A stretch of 32,000 nt of DNA from Microcystis aeruginosa NIES-843 (GTDB lineage: Bacteria > Cyanobacteriota > Cyanobacteriia > Cyanobacteriales > Microcystaceae): positions 3,810,001 to 3,842,000 of the forward strand of contig NC_010296.1 in the NCBI RefSeq assembly GCF_000010625.1, read 5' to 3'. The translations under genes and the position numbers were made by a program. The notes below the pieces were generated by a model. That model had not been told where the DNA came from, did no database searches, and saw nothing but the letters and a program-made list of their open reading frames with translations. This document shows positions 7,717 through 16,724 of the stretch, piece by piece (the first letter of the stretch is position 1; each line of letters opens with the position of its first letter).

Positions 7717-9834
7717 ATGGAAAACCGACACCTAACTGAGGAAATTGATTTCCTCAAATACTGGTCAATTGTTAAGCGTCATTGGCTCCCCGCCACGGCT
7801 GTGGCAATGTTGCCATTAATGGCCTTGCTATACTTAGCTTTTTCGTCCGAAAAACAATACGAAGCTTCTGGTAAACTCAAGTTTAAACGAGAAAATGTTA
7901 CCTCTGCCTTGGTCACGGAAGCGGGTGAGAAAATTGGCAAACTCGATTCGTTAAAAGTTCAAGATACACCTCTAGATACAGAAGCAGAAATTTTGCAATC
8001 GGCTCCCATAGTTACTGAAGTGATTAAAAACTTAAATCTTAAGGACAAAAAAGGAGAATTGCTGATATATGAAGACTTTTTAAAGAATTTAAAAGTTACT
8101 AACATACCGGGTACCGATATTTTGATGGTTAGTTATAGAAGTCCCAGTGGAGATCAGTCCGCAAAAGTAGTTAATGAGGTGATGAAGAACTATTTAAAAA
8201 ATAATATCACCTTGAATCGGGCAGAGGTCGAGGCGGCTAAACAATTTGTTAGTCAACAATTACCGAAAGCTGAAAAAGCTTTAAGAGAAGCAGAAAGTAA
8301 TTTACAAAGCTTTAAAACCAAGAATCAGATCGTTGATTTGCGAGGAGAGGCAAGCCTACTTGTACAGCAAATTGGGCAATTAGATCAACAAATTAGTCAA
8401 CTGCAAGGAGAAAAGGCTAAAGTGGCAGCAAAAAGTCAAGAACTACGCCAAAATATCGGCACAAATCCCCAAAAAGCGATCGCTCAAAGTAAGGTTAATA
8501 ATTCCATTGCTGTACAGAATGCTCGCCTGAAACTGCAAGAGGTGGAAAGAGAATTGGCCGTGGAACGCACCCGTTATACAGAAGCTAACCCAGTGGTGAT
8601 AACATTAAGAGACAAACAAGCGGTTTTAAAGAATTTATTGAATCGGGCAGTCCAAGAAGCGATGACACAACCCGGAAGTAATTCTCGCGTGTCTCAAAGC
8701 AAGGACTTACAGGACAGTTTGACAGAATATCTAGTCAGTAATGAAGCGGAAAATAAAGGTCTAATCAAGCAATTAACTTCTCTACAAGAAACAAAAGCTG
8801 CCTATGCTCAACGGGCTAAACAAATTCCACAACTAGAGCAAAGCCAAAAAGTTTTAGAGCGTCAAGTGGAAATTGCTCAAACTTCCTACCAAGCACTCAG
8901 AAAAAATCTCCAGGAGCTAGAAATTACCGAAAAACAGCAGGTAGGCAATGCTCAAATTGTCAGTGATGCTGTGCTTTCTAAATATCCGAAATCATCGCAA
9001 AAACAGTTAGAGACTATCGGTATAGTTGTAGGGGGTATAACTTATTTATTAACGACTTTTCTGTTAGAATTGGTTTCTCCTTCACTTAAAAGTATTAAAG
9101 AGATCAAGAAAATTTTTCCCTATACCTTTTTAGGTTCTTTGCCTCGACCAAATAAAAAAATGACTAATATCATTCTTCAAGAACAGCCCAATTCCCTATT
9201 TAGTCAAGCCTATCGCCGCGTTTTGTCCCAAATCACTATTGCTAATCCCGACAAAAATCCGATAACTGTTATTGTTACCAGTAGCATTTTTGGAGAAGGA
9301 AAATCAGAAGTAGCTGCTAATTTAGCTCTGGCTAAAGCTGAACTTGGTAGTCAGGTTTTAATAATTGATGCTGATCTCCCTAATCCTCAACAACAGAGAA
9401 TTTGGTCTTTAGACAATGATCAAGGCTTAAGTGATATTTTGGCAAGAAAAACTCAATTATCTTTAGCAATCAAGAATATTAGTAAAAATCTCGATCTTAT
9501 CTTAGCAGGTCATCAAGTTATTAACCCATTAGCTCTATTTAATAGTGATAAAATGGAGAGTTTATTGTACGAAAGCCTCGAAACTTATGACTTTATTATT
9601 ATCGATGCGCCGCCGTTGCTTTTGAATGATATTACTCTCCAAATTAGCCCCAAAACAGACGGGATTATTTTCGTAGTCAACCCAGAAAAACTAGAGACCA
9701 CCACAGCCATACAAGTGCAAGAAATACTGAAGAAATATCAGTATAACCTGCTTGGTTTAGTCGTTAATGGAGTGAGAATTAATCGGGAATCAGAACCTTA
9801 TTTTCGCTATGCCAAAAGCTACTTTAACTCTTGA
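7717..9834 (+). CDS. wzc: Polysaccharide co-polymerase / BY-tyrosine-kinase, Wzc/GumC-like
   Basis: N-terminal Wzz-type TM segment, then a long coiled-coil periplasmic region and a second TM. Walker A is SSIFGEGKSEV, Walker A'-like is VLIIDADLPNP and Walker B is YDFIIIDAPPLL. The C-terminal tail contains three Tyr (PYFRYAKSYFNS). Confidence 0.88.
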   Translation: MENRHLTEEIDFLKYWSIVKRHWLPATAVAMLPLMALLYLAFSSEKQYEASGKLKFKRENVTSALVTEAGEKIGKLDSLKVQDTPLDTEAEILQSAPIVTEVIKNLNLKDKKGELLIYEDFLKNLKVTNIPGTDILMVSYRSPSGDQSAKVVNEVMKNYLKNNITLNRAEVEAAKQFVSQQLPKAEKALREAESNLQSFKTKNQIVDLRGEASLLVQQIGQLDQQISQLQGEKAKVAAKSQELRQNIGTNPQKAIAQSKVNNSIAVQNARLKLQEVERELAVERTRYTEANPVVITLRDKQAVLKNLLNRAVQEAMTQPGSNSRVSQSKDLQDSLTEYLVSNEAENKGLIKQLTSLQETKAAYAQRAKQIPQLEQSQKVLERQVEIAQTSYQALRKNLQELEITEKQQVGNAQIVSDAVLSKYPKSSQKQLETIGIVVGGITYLLTTFLLELVSPSLKSIKEIKKIFPYTFLGSLPRPNKKMTNIILQEQPNSLFSQAYRRVLSQITIANPDKNPITVIVTSSIFGEGKSEVAANLALAKAELGSQVLIIDADLPNPQQQRIWSLDNDQGLSDILARKTQLSLAIKNISKNLDLILAGHQVINPLALFNSDKMESLLYESLETYDFIIIDAPPLLLNDITLQISPKTDGIIFVVNPEKLETTTAIQVQEILKKYQYNLLGLVVNGVRINRESEPYFRYAKSYFNS

Positions 9835-9906
9835 CTATCTTGATTAAATACTATATACATAAAAAGTATTTTAGTTATATTAAAATCTCTGAATTTACCC
9901 TAAAAA

Positions 9907-10833
9907 ATGAACGCATATCCCCTAGTATCTATTATCATCCCTGCCTATAACACTGAATCCTATATTGCCAAAGCTATTCAATCTGCCCAAGAGCAAACCT
10001 TAACCAATATAGAAATCATTGTTATTGATGATTGTTCCACCGATAACACTCTTGCCATTGCCCAAAGTTTTAATGATCCCCGTATTATAATTATCCATAA
10101 TTCAGAAAATCTTGGAGTAGCATCTACCAGAAACAAGGCAATTAAATTGGCAAAAGGTAGCTGGTTAGCTCTCTTAGATTCCGATGATTGGTATGAACCA
10201 AACCGCCTGGAAACTCTCTTGGAAGTTGCCCAAAAAACTCAGGCAGATCTAGTTAGCGATGATGTGTATCTCATTTATGATCAAGCACCGTCGCCCTGGA
10301 CAACAGTAATTAAAATGAGTGGGCAAACCCTTGCTCACCCCCTGGTATTAGAGCCAATTTCTTTTATTACAAAACAAAAGTTTGAAAGTAAAAGCCTCTT
10401 TGTCACGATGACTAAACCAATTATCAATCGTCAATTCTTACTAGCGCATAATCTTGAATACGATCCCACTCTCAGACAAGGACAAGATTATTGGTTTTAT
10501 TTAGACTGTTTGTTAAAGGAGGCTAAGTTTATTTTTTATCCCTATCCCTACTATTATCAAAGAACTAGACCAGGCTCCCTGACTCAGCAAAAAACCTCCC
10601 TAAGACTAGAATCTTACTGTCGAGCTAACCAAAAGTTTTTAGAAAAAATAGAAGTAAAAAATAGTCGAGAATTAACCAGAGCTTTAGTTAAGAATTTGCG
10701 TCATCTTCAGAGGTTTAAAAATTATTATAAAGTTGTTGAACCCCTGAAAGAGGGAAAATTTTTGGAGGCCCTACAAGCCCTCAATATCGATTTCTTGCTC
10801 CTGTTCTTGCAACGCATTCCCACACTTTTATAA
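9907..10833 (+). CDS. GT2-family glycosyltransferase
   Basis: VSIIIPAYNTESYI...IIVIDDCSTDNT...LLDSDDW is the typical GT-A/GT2 N-domain. Confidence 0.9.
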   Translation: MNAYPLVSIIIPAYNTESYIAKAIQSAQEQTLTNIEIIVIDDCSTDNTLAIAQSFNDPRIIIIHNSENLGVASTRNKAIKLAKGSWLALLDSDDWYEPNRLETLLEVAQKTQADLVSDDVYLIYDQAPSPWTTVIKMSGQTLAHPLVLEPISFITKQKFESKSLFVTMTKPIINRQFLLAHNLEYDPTLRQGQDYWFYLDCLLKEAKFIFYPYPYYYQRTRPGSLTQQKTSLRLESYCRANQKFLEKIEVKNSRELTRALVKNLRHLQRFKNYYKVVEPLKEGKFLEALQALNIDFLLLFLQRIPTLL

Positions 10834-10872
10834 AACCATCTATCCCAAAAACCCGCTTAGGAAAAAACTATT

Positions 10873-12255
10873 ATGAGCTTAAGAGCAAAAGTGATGCGTG
10901 GGGGAGCTTATCTAGCAGGACGGCAAGGTCTAGGTATGGTCTTAAGTATTATCAGTGTCTTCTTAGTTACCCGTCTAATCGGTCCAGAAAATTATGGATT
11001 ATTTGTATCGGCATTTGGAGTTTTTTCCTATCTGCAACGGATTTTTCAGCTAGGAATTAATTTTTATCTAATTCGAGAGATTAATCCAGAAGAAGAACCG
11101 CATAATTATCATCAGGGATTTACCCTCATGCTTCTACTAGGTATTCTTGGTTTAATACTAGGAATTATTACCATTCCTTTGCTGGCACAATGGATTAAGA
11201 TAGGCAATTTTTCAGCCCTTGCCATATCCCTATTTTTTAGTTTACCTTTTGTCCTCTGTTTTCAAATTCCCTTAGCTAAATTAGAAAGAGAATTAAACTA
11301 TAAAAAAGTTGCCATGATTGAATTGCTCAATCAATGCCTCTACGTTTTAGTAAGCGTTTATTTCGCCTTCCAGGGAGCGGGAGCATGGGCATTAGTAGCG
11401 GCTTGGTGGGCGCAAACTCTCCAGTCAGTGGTGCTGTTTTTCTGGTGTTCCGGTTATCGTCCTCGATTATTCTGGAATCTCGCTTTAGTCAAAGATATGT
11501 TAGGCTACGGCATAACTTTGTCCGCAGCCCAGTGGATTTTCTTTTTGCGAGACCTAGTTAATCCCCTGCTGGTGGGACGTTTTGGCGGAGCAGAAGCCGT
11601 CGGTTTTGTTGCCTTAGCCATTCGTTTAGTTGAAGTTCTCAGTTTTGTTAAACACGCAACTTGGCGTATTTCCATGGCCGCCTTAGCCAAAATTCAAGAT
11701 AACCCGCCCAAGCTACGCTGGGCAATTACCGAGGGTATGAGCCTACAAGTCCTCGCTCTCGGCCCGATTTTGGATGTAGTCGCATGGACTTTACCTTTGA
11801 TTATCGGTTTGGCTTTTGGGGAACGCTGGCGCGTCGCCCTACAGGTATATCCCTTTATTGCCTGGGCTTATTTGACTAATTCCCTCTTTAATCTCCATTC
11901 TTCCACACTCTACGTTCTCAGAAAAAATACCTATGTGGCTTTATTTCACCTTCTCCACGTCGCCCTTTTTGCAGGAGGAGCTTGGTTACTGTTGCCAAAA
12001 TTAGGTATTGTTGGCTATGGATGGGCAGAAGTTATCGCCCTTCCCGCTTATGGTCTGATTCACCTTTTTATTACTAAAATCATTGGCAGCCCCGATTATC
12101 GTTTAGCCCTCCTCTGGTGGGCGGCCTGTTCTCTTCCCTTATTTGTTCAACAATTGGGTATGTGGACGGGTTTCGGTCTAATTTTTGTGATCCTACTGCC
12201 GATAACACGCCAACAAATTCGCAGTTATTGGCATAGTTTTCAACATTCTTCCTGA
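10873..12255 (+). CDS. wzx: Oligosaccharide flippase (MOP superfamily, Wzx-like)
   Basis: 460 aa and multi-TM throughout. The N-terminus GGAYLAGRQGLGMVLSIISVFLVTRLIGPENYGLF is typical of Polysacc_synt proteins. Confidence 0.8.
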   Translation: MSLRAKVMRGGAYLAGRQGLGMVLSIISVFLVTRLIGPENYGLFVSAFGVFSYLQRIFQLGINFYLIREINPEEEPHNYHQGFTLMLLLGILGLILGIITIPLLAQWIKIGNFSALAISLFFSLPFVLCFQIPLAKLERELNYKKVAMIELLNQCLYVLVSVYFAFQGAGAWALVAAWWAQTLQSVVLFFWCSGYRPRLFWNLALVKDMLGYGITLSAAQWIFFLRDLVNPLLVGRFGGAEAVGFVALAIRLVEVLSFVKHATWRISMAALAKIQDNPPKLRWAITEGMSLQVLALGPILDVVAWTLPLIIGLAFGERWRVALQVYPFIAWAYLTNSLFNLHSSTLYVLRKNTYVALFHLLHVALFAGGAWLLLPKLGIVGYGWAEVIALPAYGLIHLFITKIIGSPDYRLALLWWAACSLPLFVQQLGMWTGFGLIFVILLPITRQQIRSYWHSFQHSS

Positions 12256-12272
12256 TTTTTCCTGAACAGCCC

Positions 12273-13217
12273 ATGATTAACCCCAATCAGTCGCCCCTAG
12301 TCAGCATTTTAATCAATAACTATAACTATGCTGGTTTTTTACCGGCAGCGATTTCTAGTTCCCTAGAACAAACCTATCCCCATCTGGAGATAATTGTGGT
12401 AGATGACGGTTCCCAGGATCGTTCTCGTCAGGTGATAGAAGAATACGGTCAGCAAATTATCCCCATATTCAAAGTTAATGGTGGTCAAGCTTCCGCTTTT
12501 AATCAGGGTTTTGCTGCTAGTAGCGGAGAAATTATCTGTTTTTTGGATGCAGACGATTTATTTAGTCTTAATAAAGTTGAAAAGGTCGTAGAGATTTTTC
12601 AGGACTATCCCGATATTGGTTGGTGTTTTCACTCCTTGCAGATGTTTACAGATAAAACTGCTGCCCCAGACCATGCTACCCCAAAATCAGTCAATTCAGG
12701 AGTTTATGATTTAAGAAATTGCTTGTCCCAGGGAAAACTGCGAGGAAAAATGCCCTTTGAGGGTACAGCCACCTCTGGCATCTGTTTTCGCCGCTCTTTT
12801 TTAGAGCAGTTATTACCCATGCCCGAAGAAATTAGAATTACTAGCGATGATTACTTAAAATACGCCGCTTTTGCCCTAACTCCGGGCTATATTCTCCTAG
12901 AAAAACTTGCCCAACAAAGAATCCATGCTAACAACGCTTATACTTTACGAAAAAACCAAAAATCTTTACGGGGTAAAATTAATATCTTAACTGCCTTTTG
13001 GCTTAAAAGTAATTTTCCGCAAATGTCGAAATTTACTAACAATATTTTTACTCTCGGCTATAGCTTCTATAATCGAGAAGATAATGGCGACCCGCACCTA
13101 AAACTTCTCATTCACAAGTATTTCTGTTCTCTTACCATAGGAGAAAAAATAGAAGTCCAGATCAGAAGAATTTATTATTGTTTGAAATCAAAGATTAATC
13201 CTCTTTTTCAACCATGA
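12273..13217 (+). CDS. GT2-family glycosyltransferase
   Basis: VSILINNYNYAGFL...IIVVDDGSQDRS...FLDADD motifs. Confidence 0.9.
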   Translation: MINPNQSPLVSILINNYNYAGFLPAAISSSLEQTYPHLEIIVVDDGSQDRSRQVIEEYGQQIIPIFKVNGGQASAFNQGFAASSGEIICFLDADDLFSLNKVEKVVEIFQDYPDIGWCFHSLQMFTDKTAAPDHATPKSVNSGVYDLRNCLSQGKLRGKMPFEGTATSGICFRRSFLEQLLPMPEEIRITSDDYLKYAAFALTPGYILLEKLAQQRIHANNAYTLRKNQKSLRGKINILTAFWLKSNFPQMSKFTNNIFTLGYSFYNREDNGDPHLKLLIHKYFCSLTIGEKIEVQIRRIYYCLKSKINPLFQP

Positions 13218-14500
13218 TCAGAATCCCCCCACTACTGGAAAAGTTTATAACTATTTTTAGTCTAATTTTTTACACACGACTATTTTCTTTTGAAAGCTTA
13301 TTTGTCCATTCCGAGGGGGAATTAGCCGTCAGTTCTCCTGACTATACTCCCTTAGATCCACTTCTCTCTTTAATGCAGCATGGAATCGCTTTTGTGGTTT
13401 TGGTGCTAATGGCTCTCCGTTGGCAACATACCATCGGATTTTTTGGCCGTAATCCCTTTCTTTGGTTACTAATTATTCTGGTACTAATTTCCGCTAACTG
13501 GTCGAATTTTCCTGAGATTACCCAAAGACGTTCCTTCGCTTTTTTAGAAACTTGTCTATTTGCCTTATATTTTGCCTCGCGCTACGCAATTAAAGAACAA
13601 CTAAGACTAACAGCTTATGCTTTAGGCATCACTGCTATTATTAGTTTTTTCTTCAGCCTTGCCTTCCCCTCTAGTGCTTTAGAATCGGGAGTCCATGCTG
13701 GCTCATGGAGGGGTCCTTTTCTCCATAAAAATCTCTTTGCTCGTTTAATGACCTTAATTTGTCTAGTTAACCTACTGGTCACACCAGTTAATCGGAGAGA
13801 AGGCTATCTATTTTTAGCCTTTTGCTGTCTCTCTTTTGGAATGATTGGACTTAGCACTTCTAAAAGCGCTCTTTTTATCGGTATAATCCTATTCATACTA
13901 ATGCAAATTTACCAAACTATTTCTTGGCAAGATTATATCAGAATTCCCCTCTGGTTAACTGGGCTTTTACTGGCAGGTTCTTTATTTCTTTGGATCGGGA
14001 TGAATTTAGAAGATATTATTACTGCTTCTGGTCGAGATTTAACCCTATCAGGAAGAACTATTATTTGGTCTGCTGTTCTTGATAAAATCCAAGAAAGACC
14101 TTGGCTAGGTTATGGATATGTAGGGTTTTGGTATGGATTAAAAGGACCTTCTTCCTATGTACAGAAAGCCTACGGTACTACCTATATACCTCCCCACTCT
14201 CATAATGGCTTCCTCGAACTAGCTATTGCTTTCGGATTAGTGGGAACTATCCTATTTATTATGAGTTTTTTATTAGTTATAAGACGCACAATTATCTCTG
14301 CTATTTATCAATCCCATCACGAGGGTTTATGGCCGTTGATGTACTTATCATTTCTGATACTATATAATCAAACTGAGTCCACTTTACTCGAACATAACTC
14401 CATTTTTTGGTTGTTGTATATGTCCCTAGCTCTATCTCCTTTTTTACCTCAGCATAATGCTCAATTAAACTATGAACAAAATAGCGTTTTTTCTCAGTGA
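13214..14500 (+). CDS. O-antigen ligase/polymerase family membrane protein (Wzy-like)
   Basis: 428 aa and polytopic, with the PPHSHNGFLELAIAFGLVG motif of the Wzy_C/O-antigen ligase family. Its start overlaps the upstream stop (ATGA). Confidence 0.8.
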   Translation: MIRIPPLLEKFITIFSLIFYTRLFSFESLFVHSEGELAVSSPDYTPLDPLLSLMQHGIAFVVLVLMALRWQHTIGFFGRNPFLWLLIILVLISANWSNFPEITQRRSFAFLETCLFALYFASRYAIKEQLRLTAYALGITAIISFFFSLAFPSSALESGVHAGSWRGPFLHKNLFARLMTLICLVNLLVTPVNRREGYLFLAFCCLSFGMIGLSTSKSALFIGIILFILMQIYQTISWQDYIRIPLWLTGLLLAGSLFLWIGMNLEDIITASGRDLTLSGRTIIWSAVLDKIQERPWLGYGYVGFWYGLKGPSSYVQKAYGTTYIPPHSHNGFLELAIAFGLVGTILFIMSFLLVIRRTIISAIYQSHHEGLWPLMYLSFLILYNQTESTLLEHNSIFWLLYMSLALSPFLPQHNAQLNYEQNSVFSQ

Positions 14501-15569
14501 TTTAGATGGCGGTGGGGCCGAACGAGTTATACTTAACTTGGCTAATGGTTTTGCCCAACAGGGAGAATTTGTTGATCTAGTTTTAGCTCGAAAAGAAGGT
14601 TTATACTTAGGACAGATTGACCCCGGGGTGAATACTATAGATTTAAAAGCCAAAAGTCTGTTTAGGAGTATCCCCTCCCTAGTCAAATATCTACAAAATC
14701 AACGTCCACAAGCCATGATATCAGCCCTAGAAGATACCAATATTGTTGCTCTTATGGCTAAAATCCTAGCAAGGAAAAAAATATCTGTCTTTGTGACAGT
14801 ACATAATAACTTATCTCAAGAAATACGCCATGCTCAACAGTGGAAGCGCAAAATAGTTCCCTATTTTTTGCGATGGATTTATCCCTTTGCTTACCGAGTG
14901 GTTTGTGTTTCCCAAGGAGTGGCTCAAGATTTAGTTAAATTTGGCATCCAACCACGACAAATCCGAGTAATTTATAATCCGATTGTTACCCCAGAATTAA
15001 TCGTCAAACTGCAAGAAAACCTAGAACATCCTTGGTTTTTACTTGGTCAGCCGCCAGTAATTTTAGGAGTGGGAAGACTCAATCATCAAAAAGATTTTCC
15101 TACCCTAATTCGGGCTTTTGCTTTAGTTCGACGAGTGCAACCCGCTAGATTATTAATACTAGGAGAAGGAGAGACCCGCAGCGAACTTATATCGTTGATT
15201 AAAGAACTAAATTTAGATACAGACGTACAATTAGAGGGATTTGTCGAAAATCCTTTTGCTTATATGAAAAAGGCACAGGTTTTAGTATTATCCTCCGCTT
15301 GGGAGGGTTTTGGTAATGTTTTGGTAGAGGCAATGGCTGCTGGCATTGCAGTGGTATCGACGGATTGCCCTAGCGGACCAGAGGAAATTTTAGATAAAGG
15401 AAAATACGGTTCCCTAGTGGCGATCGCTGATTCAGCAGCTATGGCAGCGGCAATTCTTAATACCTTGAAAAATAACGTCGATCCGAGTTGGCTAAAAAAT
15501 AGAGCCGAGGAGTTTTCTTTAGAAAAAATCCTGGATCAATACCGTTTACTAATAGAGAAAAAACTTTAG
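14472..15569 (+). CDS. GT4-family glycosyltransferase
   Basis: LDGGGAERV N-terminus and EGFGNVLVEAMAAGIAVVSTDCPSGPEEIL. It overlaps the upstream gene by 29 nt. Confidence 0.88.
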   Translation: MNKIAFFLSDLDGGGAERVILNLANGFAQQGEFVDLVLARKEGLYLGQIDPGVNTIDLKAKSLFRSIPSLVKYLQNQRPQAMISALEDTNIVALMAKILARKKISVFVTVHNNLSQEIRHAQQWKRKIVPYFLRWIYPFAYRVVCVSQGVAQDLVKFGIQPRQIRVIYNPIVTPELIVKLQENLEHPWFLLGQPPVILGVGRLNHQKDFPTLIRAFALVRRVQPARLLILGEGETRSELISLIKELNLDTDVQLEGFVENPFAYMKKAQVLVLSSAWEGFGNVLVEAMAAGIAVVSTDCPSGPEEILDKGKYGSLVAIADSAAMAAAILNTLKNNVDPSWLKNRAEEFSLEKILDQYRLLIEKKL

Positions 15570-15588
15570 TGGATTTTTATCTAAAATT

Positions 15589-16230
15589 ATGAAAAAATTG
15601 CAGTCTTTTCAACTGATTTTAGCAGCGATTCAAGCAGATCTTGATCGCTATGTTGTTACCGACAATTTGTCTTGGCTAGAAGTGGTTTTAACCAAAAGAG
15701 GTTTTTGGGCGACCTTGCAATATCGTGTCAGTCGTTGGATTCATTTTCATTTCCATTTTCCTATTCTCCGGAGTCTCCTAAAAGCTATTTGCCTCATTTG
15801 GCGTTTAATCCTTGAAATGATTACTGGCATAGAATTACCTAACCGGGCTGAAATTGGTCAGGGTTTGTTTATACCCCACGCTCACGGCATTATTGTTCAC
15901 TGCGATGTTCAAATTGGCGAATACTGTAATTTAAGCCAAGAAGTGACTATTGGTGTGGCTGGCCGGGGAGAAAAAGCGGGAGTGCCTAAAATTGGGGATC
16001 GTGTATATATTGCCCCTGGTGCGAAAATTTTTGGATCGATTATTATTGGTGATAATGTAGCCATCGGTGCTAATGCAGTAGTTACAAAAGATTTACCCGA
16101 TCAGGCGGTGGCGGTGGGTATCCCCGCTAAAGTTATTAGTTATCAAGGTTCAGAAGATTTTATTCTCTATCGAGAAACCCCAAAAAATTCTCAGAAAGTT
16201 TTCCCAACCTCTTTTCAAGATCGACCCTAG
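15589..16230 (+). CDS. Hexapeptide-repeat O-acetyltransferase (serine acetyltransferase-like, polysaccharide-modifying)
   Basis: Left-handed beta-helix repeats IGDRVYIAPGAKIFGSIIIGDNVAIGANAVV, with a CysE/WcaB-like N-terminal helical region. Confidence 0.85.
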   Translation: MKKLQSFQLILAAIQADLDRYVVTDNLSWLEVVLTKRGFWATLQYRVSRWIHFHFHFPILRSLLKAICLIWRLILEMITGIELPNRAEIGQGLFIPHAHGIIVHCDVQIGEYCNLSQEVTIGVAGRGEKAGVPKIGDRVYIAPGAKIFGSIIIGDNVAIGANAVVTKDLPDQAVAVGIPAKVISYQGSEDFILYRETPKNSQKVFPTSFQDRP

Positions 16231-16467
16231 AAGTCTTGAACTATAGCTTCGCCAAGTACGAAAGCGACTAATGATATTCTCAATCTTAATTGAAATGACT
16301 ATAATATTGTCGCCATAATAAACTCTTTTGCTAGAACTATTAAGACAATATCAAAGAAACGGCGTTGTTTAATCAAGATATGAATACTAAAAGTTAGCCT
16401 ATTACTAGGTTTTAAAAATTGCAAAAGAAGACAATTCGTGCTTAAAATCAATCGGCAACGCCAGGAC

Positions 16468-16560
16468 AAATTCACCCCCGTCTGGGATACGGTTATCTCC
16501 TCCCTGGTGTTAGGTTTATACATTCGTGATCCCCGCAGCGGTTTAGCTTTCCCCGACTAA
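16468..16560 (+). pseudogene. Dead 3' stub (last 31 codons + stop) of the 191-aa gene
   Basis: Reads KFTPVWDTVISSLVLGLYIRDPRSGLAFPD-stop, identical in protein to the end of 3412-3987. No upstream homology before 16468. Confidence 0.75.
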
Positions 16561-16724
16561 AGGTAATAGCAATTTTGCGGGAAAATTTCCTTGACAAAAA
16601 ACCTTAATTGTGATAACAGAAAAATTGATCGCTCGACTTGCGTGGGGATAGCTGCCGGTCCCCGCATTGACGGGATGTGCAGGAAAGCAAGAGGCACTCA
16701 GACTTAAACGCAAGCTATGACCTT
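16468..16724 (+). repeat. Right copy of the 257-bp direct duplication (uninterrupted)
   Basis: See 3895-4255. It contains the MITE empty site at 16649-16650. Confidence 0.85.

Noticed and set aside
16299-16523. 74-aa minus-strand ORF at the right edge of the island
   Set aside because: It spans AT-rich junk and the duplicated stub of the 191-aa gene in antisense, so a coding role is implausible.
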